From assembly GCF_014648175.1 (NCBI RefSeq), contig NZ_BMQP01000003.1, positions 255,600-279,599 of the forward strand: DNA of 24,000 nucleotides, read 5' to 3'. This DNA comes from Planobispora rosea (GTDB lineage Bacteria > Actinomycetota > Actinomycetes > Streptosporangiales > Streptosporangiaceae). The translations under genes were made by a program, and so were the position numbers. Numbering within the stretch: position 1 is the first letter of the stretch; the number at the start of each line of letters is the position of its first letter. The notes below the pieces were generated by a model. That model was not told where the DNA came from and did not search any database. It saw nothing but the letters and a program-made list of their open reading frames with translations. Shown here piece by piece: positions 8,291 to 14,824 of the stretch.

Positions 8291-8337
8291 CTCTACAAGC
8301 CGTAGTTCTACCTCTAGTAGTACTACGGCTTGTAGAG
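8291..8337. promoter_or_regulatory. 47-bp near-perfect palindrome made of three phased CTAC-N5-GTAG boxes in the cydA leader (candidate operator array or leader RNA hairpin)
   Basis: The outer arms CTCTACAAGCCGTAGT (8291-8306) and ACTACGGCTTGTAGAG (8322-8337) are exact reverse complements (16/16). The boxes sit at 8293-8305, 8308-8320 and 8323-8335, giving a 15-bp period. The region is an AT-richer island. It ends 22 nt upstream of the cydA ATG and 12 nt upstream of its SD. Confidence 0.5.
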
Positions 8338-8366
8338 TGATGGCGGGGTTGGGCGCCGCGAGCTGC

Positions 8367-8382
8367 TGCGATCTTCGTCACA
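8367..8382. promoter_or_regulatory. CRP/FNR- or Rex-like site TGCGA-N6-TCACA upstream of cydA
   Basis: It matches 9 of 10 core positions of TGTGA-N6-TCACA. It lies about 100-115 nt upstream of the cydA start. This is a single imperfect site only. Confidence 0.3.
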
Positions 8383-8383
8383 C

Positions 8384-8414
8384 GGTCCGGGGAGACCGCA
8401 CTTCTCCCCGGACC
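8384..8414. other. perfect 12-bp stem-loop in the cydA / secreted-protein intergenic region
   Basis: GGTCCGGGGAGA (8384-8395) pairs exactly with TCTCCCCGGACC (8403-8414) around a 7-nt loop (CCGCACT). It is the first of a run of hairpins: 8459-8476, 8489-8509 and 8515-8530. Confidence 0.5.
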
Positions 8415-8797
8415 AGATCGTCCCTCCGGCTCGCGGCGCCGGTTCTCTCCCCTTGCCGGCGGGGACTCCTCCCCGCACGTCCCGGCCCGACGGAGCCGAT
8501 GGCTCCGTCCCGCGCCGGGAGTGCTCCCGGGTCCGCCAGGCCCCCGGAAGCGATGGCCTCATCCTCGGGCAGGCGGCACGCGCGGCGCGTCCGCCGCTCG
8601 GGTGATTCCGGGGTACGCCGGGCGACGGACGTGATCGGGAGCATGATCCGTCTGCGTGCAAGTGCAACTAAGGAGTCGTGCAAGCACGGATAAAGCCGGG
8701 ATAAGGGGAGCTGAAAGCGGGCGCCGTTATCAATGACTCACAAGCCCAGGGGGGAGCCGGCAGGGAGCCGGTCCGAGGAGGGCTGAAGGAGAACACG

Positions 8798-9316
8798 ATG
8801 AAGCGACTGACCACGGGTCTGCTGGCCGCCACCGCGACCGCCGCCGCGCTCACGCTGGCCGTCCCGGCCGCCGCGCAGGCCGCCACGACCCCGGTCGCCG
8901 CGTCCACGGGGACCGCGTCGTCCGGCTACGACTACGACGACTACTGGGGGCCGGTCTTCTCGGAGAACCACAAGGCCAAGGCCAAGGGCTGGATCGGCGT
9001 CGAGTGGAACCACCACCAGACGTCCAACGAGGTGCACGTCCGCGGCAAGCTCTACGACCTCGACTACCGCACCTACAACCAGGGCGGCAAGTGCGCCTAC
9101 GTCAAGATCCAGGCGCGTCACTTCGAGGACCACCACGGCTACTGGTTCAAGAGCAAGAACTACAAGTACTGCGGTGCGGGCGAGTACAAGAAGTTCCACC
9201 TCTACGGTGAGGACATCGCCGCCGTCCGCGTGAAGGTCTGCCAGATCGGCCTGCACAGCAGCCACCCGACCCGCTGCGGTGACTGGGAGTACCTCTACAC
9301 CACCGAGAGCGAGTGA
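8798..9316 (+). CDS. small secreted protein, Tyr/Lys/His-rich with four Cys, unknown function
   Basis: Strong SD GAAGGAG upstream of the ATG. Sec signal peptide MKRLTTGLLAATATAAALTLAVPAAAQA. The mature part has native GC3 (AAG/TAC/CAC codons) and is followed by a strong terminator hairpin. Confidence 0.85.
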   Translation: MKRLTTGLLAATATAAALTLAVPAAAQAATTPVAASTGTASSGYDYDDYWGPVFSENHKAKAKGWIGVEWNHHQTSNEVHVRGKLYDLDYRTYNQGGKCAYVKIQARHFEDHHGYWFKSKNYKYCGAGEYKKFHLYGEDIAAVRVKVCQIGLHSSHPTRCGDWEYLYTTESE

Positions 9317-9333
9317 TCACATAGCACCACGAC

Positions 9334-9359
9334 GGCCCGTCCCCGGCCGGGGGCGGGCC
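9334..9359 (+). terminator. GC-rich terminator hairpin after the secreted-protein gene
   Basis: GGCCCGTCCCCGG (9334-9346) pairs with CCGGGGGCGGGCC (9347-9359): 13-nt arms with one G-U wobble, and the apex acts as the loop. It begins 17 nt after the stop codon. Confidence 0.6.
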
Positions 9360-9398
9360 GCCGCTTTCTCCCGGGTGCCGCTTTCTCCCGGGTGCCGC
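9360..9398. repeat. 17-bp perfect tandem duplication (2.3 copies) GCCGCTTTCTCCCGGGT
   Basis: Copies at 9360-9376 and 9377-9393 are identical, followed by a partial copy GCCGC at 9394-9398. Confidence 0.9.
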
Positions 9399-9434
9399 AT
9401 GCGATGTCGGACCGGACCCCTACACTGCCTCGGC

Positions 9435-10553
9435 ATGGCAGGAGTGAGCGAGGAGATACGGCGGCCGGCCGCCGCGGGTGACGTCGAGGCGCTGGCCGGC
9501 ACGCTGGCGCGGCGCGGCCTCCCGGCTGGTGGTTTCTGGGGTGCGGAAGAGCGGCCGGGGACCGAGTTCCTCCTCGCCCGGGACGACGCGCTGCGGATCG
9601 GGCTCGCCCGGGCACTGCTGCGGTACGGGGACGCGGGCGAGCACGTCGCCACCTTGATGGAGATCGTGACCAGGGGCCTGCCGTTCACCGCGATGCCGGA
9701 GGTGGCCGAATTCCTCCTGGAGCGTGTTGAGGGAGAAACGACGTGCGCGGCGTCGGGCCTGCTCGTACGGCTGGCCGACCACCTGTTGGAGGTGGGGCGC
9801 GGACTCTCGCCCCACCTGGTCGCCGTCATCCGGCGGACGTCGATGACGGGCTGGTGGACCGGCGACCGGCTGCGCGAGCTGGCGGCCTCGCCGGGCCACC
9901 CGCCCGTCAACCCGGGCGAGGTCTGGGCCGACCGGGTGCTGGCCGACCTGCCGGGCCTCGGCGGACGGTGGGGCGGACTGCTGGTCCACGCGTCCACCGC
10001 CAGGGCCGCCAGACCCGGGGCGGCCTGGGAACGGCGGGCGGAGACGCTCCTGGAGGAGATCGGCCGGGAGGAGGCCCGCCGCAGGGTCACGAACTGGATC
10101 GGCCTGGCCGGGCGACCTCGCCCGCTCCCGCTGCGCGGCGGCCACCCGGAGGACTTCGACTCCTACAACGCCGTCACCCTGCGCGGGCTGATCTGGATGC
10201 TGGCCTTCTCGCCCCCGCACCCCGATACGGCCCGGCTCCTCGGCGAGCTGGTGGAGACGGCCCTGCGCGAGATCCCGGGCGCCGGGCCGCGCAGCCCGCT
10301 GATCGCCGGCGCGGCGGCGTACGCGCTGTCGCGGATGGACGGCGAGGCGGCGCTGTCCCAGCTGGTCCGGTTGCGCGGCCGCGTCACCCACACGCGCACG
10401 CTCAAGACTCTCGGCGCGGCGCTCGACGCGCGGGCCGGCACGCTGACCGGCGGGTCAGCGGGTGACGCCGGCGGCCTCGAGGTAGGCGTCGAGGTTGCCG
10501 ATCTCGAAACCGCGACGCTTGATCTTGCTGACCAGGACGCGGAAGTCCCGTGA
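9435..10553 (+). CDS. hypothetical alpha-helical-repeat protein, possibly a truncated remnant of a larger protein (possible resemblance, from memory, to the N-terminal regions of DUF4132/MolR-like proteins)
   Basis: High GC3 from ATG 9435 (MAGVSEEIRR...) to about 10454. The upstream part of track ORF 9279.. covers the preceding gene's 3' end, the terminator and the repeat, so it is not coding. The last ~33 codons (10455-10553) lose the GC3 bias and are antisense to the 3' end of the convergent deacetylase gene. Confidence 0.6.
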   Translation: MAGVSEEIRRPAAAGDVEALAGTLARRGLPAGGFWGAEERPGTEFLLARDDALRIGLARALLRYGDAGEHVATLMEIVTRGLPFTAMPEVAEFLLERVEGETTCAASGLLVRLADHLLEVGRGLSPHLVAVIRRTSMTGWWTGDRLRELAASPGHPPVNPGEVWADRVLADLPGLGGRWGGLLVHASTARAARPGAAWERRAETLLEEIGREEARRRVTNWIGLAGRPRPLPLRGGHPEDFDSYNAVTLRGLIWMLAFSPPHPDTARLLGELVETALREIPGAGPRSPLIAGAAAYALSRMDGEAALSQLVRLRGRVTHTRTLKTLGAALDARAGTLTGGSAGDAGGLEVGVEVADLETATLDLADQDAEVP

Positions 10554-11324
10554 CAGGTTCGGGCGGAAGTGCAGCAGCAGCACGTCGCCGGGGCGGAGTT
10601 TCTTGTCCGGCACCTGGTAGGCGATCTTCCCGCCGGGCTGGACGGTCGCGGTCCACAGCAGCAGGGCCTTGACGCCGCAGGCCTTGGCCGCACGCCGGGT
10701 CAGCGTGTTGTGGTTGCCGAACGGCGGGCGGAGCAGCCACGGACCGGTCCCGACCTGCCTGCGGATCAGCCGGGAGGCGCCGCAGATCTCGGCCCGCTGC
10801 CCCTCGTAACCGAGGGCGCGCAGGTCGGGATGGGTCAGCGTGTGGTTCTCGATCGTGACGCCCGCCTCACGCATCTCCCGGACGTAGTCCCACTTGCCGG
10901 CGCCCAGGTACCTGCCGCCCTGGGCGGTCGGGTCGGCTGCGCCGCGCGCCTCGACGGCGTCGCGGGTGACGAAGGCGGCGACGGGGATCCGCCCGTCGCG
11001 GACCTGCCGTACGAAGCCCGGATCCTGCTCCCAGCCGTCGTCGATGGTGAGGAAGACCACTTTCCGCCTGGTCGGGATGGAACTGATCACCGGCGGCAGC
11101 CCGTCGGAGGGCCGGGGGACGCGCCCCACCTCACCCGGCCTCGGCAGCGCGCCCGGCGGTCCCGGGGCGGTCGTGGGCGAGGGGGTGGAGCGGGCGGGGG
11201 CCGTACCGGTGGCCTTCGGGGACGACTCGGCGGAACCGGGGCGTCCCTCGGCTCCGCATCCTGTCGCGATCAGGGCGACCAGCGCACTTACAAATCCGAC
11301 TTTCCATGATTTATCCCCCGGCAT
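10455..11324 (-). CDS. polysaccharide deacetylase (NodB-homology domain) lipoprotein
   Basis: The N-terminus MPGDKSWKVGFVSALVALIATGC has a lipobox-like ATGC. VVFLTIDDGW and ENHTLTHPDL are NodB motifs. The LLLHFRP...RRGFEIGNL C-terminus is typical of the family. Confidence 0.88.
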   Translation of the reverse strand: MPGDKSWKVGFVSALVALIATGCGAEGRPGSAESSPKATGTAPARSTPSPTTAPGPPGALPRPGEVGRVPRPSDGLPPVISSIPTRRKVVFLTIDDGWEQDPGFVRQVRDGRIPVAAFVTRDAVEARGAADPTAQGGRYLGAGKWDYVREMREAGVTIENHTLTHPDLRALGYEGQRAEICGASRLIRRQVGTGPWLLRPPFGNHNTLTRRAAKACGVKALLLWTATVQPGGKIAYQVPDKKLRPGDVLLLHFRPNLSRDFRVLVSKIKRRGFEIGNLDAYLEAAGVTR

Positions 11325-11428
11325 GGTCGATCATCTTGCCAGGGACACGACCTCCTCCGGAACGCGAACCCCTCCAGGAGGTCTGTCCGTCCTAGCCTGG
11401 TGTCCATCGGATCGGGACGGAGTGGCGG

Positions 11429-12490
11429 ATGCGGATCGAGTCGGGCCGGACAGACGGGCGCACCGCGGCGGAACTGCTGGCGGCGGCCCGGGCCGGTGAC
11501 GAGGCCGCGTTCGGACACCTGGTGGGGCCGCTGCAGGACGAGCTGCGCACGCACTGCTACCGGATGCTGGGGTCCGTCCACGACGCGGAGGACGCCGTAC
11601 AGGAAACGCTGGACCGGGCGTGGCGCAGCCTGGAGCGGTTCGAGGACCGCGGGTCGATCCGGCCGTGGCTCTACAGGATCGCCACGAACAGGTCGCTGAC
11701 CCTCATCGAACGGCGGGCGCGGCGCGAACTGCCCGCCGATCTCAGTCCGCACGGCGTGCCGCTGGCCGAGGCGACCTGGCTCGAGCCGTACCCCAACCGG
11801 TTACTGGGGTGGACGGAGGAGCTGGACCCGGAAGCCCGTGCGGTGGCGCAGGAGAGCGTGGAGCTGACGTTCGTCGCCGCGCTGCAGCACCTGTCGGGTC
11901 TGCAGCGGGCGGTCCTGCTGCTGCGCGACGTTCTCGGCTACACCGCCCGCGAGACCGCGGACACGCTGGGGACCACGACCGCGGCGGCCAACAGCGCCCT
12001 CCAGAGGGCGCGGAAGGCCATGGCGGCCCTGCTCCCGGAGACCACCCAGCGGCGGACGTTCGACGCGCTGGGCGAGGCGGCGCGGCGGGAGCTGGCCCGC
12101 AGGTACGCGGCGGCCTGGGAGGCCGGGGACGTCGACGCCATCGTGGCGATGCTGACGGAGGACGCCAAGTACTCGATGCCGCCGTCGGCGGTCTGGTACG
12201 AGGGCCATGCCGGCATCCGCGGGTTCCTGGTCGAGGGGCCGCTGAGGTGGCGCTGGCGTTTCCTGCCGACGTGGGCGAACGGGCAGCTCGCGTTCGGCAC
12301 CTACCTGTGGGACGAACGGCGGGCCGTCTACGTCGCGGCGGGCCTGGACCTGCTCATCCTGCGCGGTGCGCGGATCGCCGAGGTGGTCGCGTTCATGGAG
12401 GCCGACTTCCCGGCGTTCGGCCTGCCGGCGGAGCTGACGGAGGACGATGCGGCGATCCGCGATGATTTCTCGGAGCCGCGCGGGTTGTAG
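11429..12490 (+). CDS. ECF-type sigma-70 factor with an NTF2/SnoaL-like C-terminal extension (SigG/SigJ-like, ECF41/ECF56-type)
   Basis: Region 2 reads [36 protein letters not shown]. The linker motif is WLEPYPN. Region 4 reads [39 protein letters not shown] roughly 130-aa C-terminal domain follows ([20 protein letters not shown]...). No anti-sigma gene is adjacent. Confidence 0.9.
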   Translation: MRIESGRTDGRTAAELLAAARAGDEAAFGHLVGPLQDELRTHCYRMLGSVHDAEDAVQETLDRAWRSLERFEDRGSIRPWLYRIATNRSLTLIERRARRELPADLSPHGVPLAEATWLEPYPNRLLGWTEELDPEARAVAQESVELTFVAALQHLSGLQRAVLLLRDVLGYTARETADTLGTTTAAANSALQRARKAMAALLPETTQRRTFDALGEAARRELARRYAAAWEAGDVDAIVAMLTEDAKYSMPPSAVWYEGHAGIRGFLVEGPLRWRWRFLPTWANGQLAFGTYLWDERRAVYVAAGLDLLILRGARIAEVVAFMEADFPAFGLPAELTEDDAAIRDDFSEPRGL

Positions 12491-12528
12491 TCCTGACGGA
12501 AGTACCGATCCGAAGGGACCGAACAGCC

Positions 12529-12972
12529 ATGCCCGCTGACGAAGAGCAGATCCGCACCCTGATCGAGCGCTGGGCCGAGGCGGTCCGGAGCGGCGACCTG
12601 GACGGGGTCCTCGCCGATCACGCCGACGACATCGTGATGTTCGACGTGCCGCCGCCCCACGAGGGGGTGCGCGGCCTGGAGTCCTACCGCCGCACGTGGC
12701 CGTACTTCTTCCGGTGGCTGGCGCAGGGCGCCCTGTTCGAGATCGAGACGCTGGACGTCACCGCCGGCGAGGACGTCGCCTTCGCCCATGCCCTGCTGCG
12801 CTGCGGGACCCCGGAGCACCTCGCCGGGAACCCGGAGCACCGGCTGCGGCTGACGTTCGGCCTGCGCAGGCGGGACGGCCGGTGGGTCGTGGCCCACGAG
12901 CACCACTCGTTCCCGATCGACGAACCGGCCGAGGACGCCGAGAGCGACACCGGACAGTTGAGTCTCCGGTAA
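12529..12972 (+). CDS. stand-alone NTF2-like / SnoaL-/DUF4440-like protein
   Basis: IRTLIERWAEAVRSGDLDGVLADHADDIVMFD...DGRWVVAHEHHS is the typical pattern of the ketosteroid-isomerase-like fold. It lies 38 nt downstream of the sigma gene, with GAAGGGA as SD. Confidence 0.8.
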   Translation: MPADEEQIRTLIERWAEAVRSGDLDGVLADHADDIVMFDVPPPHEGVRGLESYRRTWPYFFRWLAQGALFEIETLDVTAGEDVAFAHALLRCGTPEHLAGNPEHRLRLTFGLRRRDGRWVVAHEHHSFPIDEPAEDAESDTGQLSLR

Positions 12973-13044
12973 CAGGTCACCGGGGCCCGGGAGGCGGCGG
13001 GGCGGAGGAACGGCCGGTTGACATTCGGTCGGGAAACAGGGACT

Positions 13045-13063
13045 TTAGGCAAGCCTTGCCTAA
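13045..13063. promoter_or_regulatory. DtxR/IdeR/DmdR-type iron box, perfect 19-bp palindrome TTAGGCAAG-C-CTTGCCTAA
   Basis: It matches the conserved TTAGG...CCTAA arms of the consensus TTAGGTTAGGCTAACCTAA (14/19 overall by my count). It lies 27 nt upstream of the siderophore-interacting protein ATG. A TTGACA -35-like hexamer sits at 13018-13023, which puts the box over the expected -10 region. Confidence 0.8.
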
Positions 13064-13089
13064 CTTTCTTGGAGCGGTGATTTCCGATC

Positions 13090-13899
13090 ATGCATGACAT
13101 CAGTGTCGTCCGGTACGACCTCAAGCCCCGTCTGCTGGAGGTACGGCGCGCGGAGTGGATCACCCCCTCGACCGTGCGCGTGACCCTCGCCGGTGACGAC
13201 CTGGCGGGCTTCCAGGAGCGGGCGCCCCAGGACCACGTGAAGCTGTTCTTCCCGGTGGACGGGGCCGGAGCGCCGGTCATGCCGGCCGTCGGCCCCGATG
13301 GCTGGGAGTTCCCGCCCGGAGCCCCCGATCCGGTCTTCCGCGACTACACCGTCCGGAGCCACCGCCCCGGCGCGGGCGAGCTCGACATCGACATGGTGGT
13401 CCACGGTCACGGCCCCGCCTCCGCCTGGGCGGCGCAGGCCGCGCCGGGACAGCGGATCGGCGTGCTCGGGCCGCGGGGCTCCGTGGTGGTCCCCTTCAAC
13501 TTCGACTGGTACCTCCTGGGCGCCGACGAGACCGCCCTGCCCGCCCTGGCCCGCTGGCTGGAGGCGCTGCCCGCGGGCGCGCGGGTCATCGCCTTCGCCG
13601 AGGTCGCCGACGCCCGGGAGGAGCAGCACATCGAGACCGCCGCCGACGTCACCCTGACCTGGCTGCACCGGGACGGCGCCGCCCCGGGAGCCTCCGGCGT
13701 GCTGGAGAGGGCCGTACGAGAGCTGGAGCTTCCGCCGGGCGACGGGTTCGTCTGGATCGCCGGCGAGGCCGGCGCCCTCAAGCCGATCCGCCGTCACCTC
13801 CGCGAGGCGGGGCACCCCAAGGAGTGGACGGACATCGACGGTTACTGGAAGCGCGGCACCGCCAACCTCGACCACCACCGCGACCAGGACGAAGACTGA
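13090..13899 (+). CDS. siderophore-interacting protein (SIP/ViuB-type FAD-binding ferric-siderophore reductase)
   Basis: RDYTVRS (RxYT/S FAD motif), GPASAWA, LLGADETALPA and FVWIAGEAGALKPIRRHL are typical SIP-family motifs. An iron box lies immediately upstream. Confidence 0.9.
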   Translation: MHDISVVRYDLKPRLLEVRRAEWITPSTVRVTLAGDDLAGFQERAPQDHVKLFFPVDGAGAPVMPAVGPDGWEFPPGAPDPVFRDYTVRSHRPGAGELDIDMVVHGHGPASAWAAQAAPGQRIGVLGPRGSVVVPFNFDWYLLGADETALPALARWLEALPAGARVIAFAEVADAREEQHIETAADVTLTWLHRDGAAPGASGVLERAVRELELPPGDGFVWIAGEAGALKPIRRHLREAGHPKEWTDIDGYWKRGTANLDHHRDQDED

Positions 13900-13957
13900 T
13901 CACGGGGAAGGACCGAGCCCGGCTCGGGTGCGGCGGCGGCGCGCCTATCCTCTGCGC

Positions 13958-14752
13958 ATGACGTTCAGCGGGACCCCGAGGCCGCGCCTGCGCTGGCACC
14001 ATGCCGAGACCGAGCTCGACGACTTCGCGATCGTCAGCTACCGGGTGCCCGCCGAGGCCCTCGGCCGGCTGCTGCCCGCCGGGTTCGCGCCGATGCGGTT
14101 CGCCTTCGCCGAGGGGGAGGCGGCCATGGTCTCCGCGGTCGCCTTCCGCGACCGGGACTTCCACTTCCGCTTCTGCCCGCCGGCGGCGATCAGCTGCGGT
14201 CAGATCAACTACCGGGCCTACGTCACCGCGTACGGCGAGCCGGGCGTCTGGTTCTTCGGCACGAGCCTGGACCACCCGGTGGTCGCGGTGCCGCGGCTGC
14301 TGTGGGGCATGCCGTGGCGGCGCGACCGGATCGGGATCACCGCCGACTGGGACAGCGCCCCGGCGCGCTGGCGGCTGGACGCGGGCGAGGCGAGCTGTAC
14401 GGCCACCGAGCCGGCCGCGCCGCCCGGGCGCCTGGACGGCTTCACCGGTGAGAGCCACTGGATGGCCATGCTCACCCATCCCACCATCGGCTGGTACCGC
14501 CGCCGCGACGGCCGGGTCGGCACCTACAGCATCTGGCACCCGCTGATGCGCCCCCGCCACCTGACCGCCGAGTCGGCCCGGTTCCGGGTCTTCGAGGAGC
14601 TCGGCCTGACCACGCCGGAGTCCGAGCCGCACTCGATCCTGGCCCAGGAGAACATCCACTTCGACATCCACACCCCGCCCCGGCGGCTGCGGGCCCAGCG
14701 TCCCACGAGCGCCGAGCCGGGGGAGCGGGCTGCTGCGCGCCCCGAGGGCTGA
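13958..14752 (+). CDS. DUF2071-like (acetoacetate-decarboxylase-like fold) hypothetical protein
   Basis: High GC3. The segments FAIVSYRVPAEALGRLLPAGF...INYRAYV resemble DUF2071/COG3361 proteins; this is recall only. The start is uncertain: ATG 13958 or GTG 13928. Confidence 0.65.
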   Translation: MTFSGTPRPRLRWHHAETELDDFAIVSYRVPAEALGRLLPAGFAPMRFAFAEGEAAMVSAVAFRDRDFHFRFCPPAAISCGQINYRAYVTAYGEPGVWFFGTSLDHPVVAVPRLLWGMPWRRDRIGITADWDSAPARWRLDAGEASCTATEPAAPPGRLDGFTGESHWMAMLTHPTIGWYRRRDGRVGTYSIWHPLMRPRHLTAESARFRVFEELGLTTPESEPHSILAQENIHFDIHTPPRRLRAQRPTSAEPGERAAARPEG

Positions 14753-14824
14753 CAATCCACGGCCGGGCCGCAGGGCAGATGTTGCTCTTAACCCCGGAGC
14801 CGGGGATTGCCTAGGGTGCTGCCT

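Noticed and set aside
6565-8340. 591-aa + strand ORF, with smaller ORFs at 5658-6644 and 5617-6447
   Set aside because: They are antisense to or off-frame from cydA/cydB, whose translations contain canonical CydAB signatures. Their compositions are unrealistic (runs of R, G, D, E, P).
8323-8693. Three overlapping 101-118-aa ORFs inside the cydA / secreted-protein intergenic region
   Set aside because: Their translations are Arg/Ser/Pro-rich and unlike real proteins. GC3 of the + frame, about three quarters by my count, is clearly below that of the real genes. None has a convincing SD. I treat the region as non-coding or a possible decayed remnant.
8531-8797. Possible riboswitch upstream of the secreted-protein gene (c-di-AMP ydaO, c-di-GMP GEMM-I and guanidine classes considered)
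   Set aside because: I saw only short resemblances (GGGTGATTCC; GGATAAAGCCGGG). The diagnostic conserved cores are absent, for example the ydaO segment ACCCGAACCCGnCAGCTAACCTCGTAAGCG and the GEMM-I segment GCACAGGGCAAACC. An Infernal scan is needed before any such call.
8269-8797. Full Rex operator (TTGTGAA-N4-TTCACAA) expected upstream of actinomycete cydA
   Set aside because: No full match was found. The only candidate is the imperfect TGCGA-N6-TCACA at 8367-8382, reported separately at low confidence.
9279-9434. Upstream 52 codons of track ORF 9279-10553
   Set aside because: This stretch overlaps the 3' end of the secreted-protein gene, its terminator hairpin and the 17-bp tandem repeat. 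Codon bias starts only near ATG 9435.
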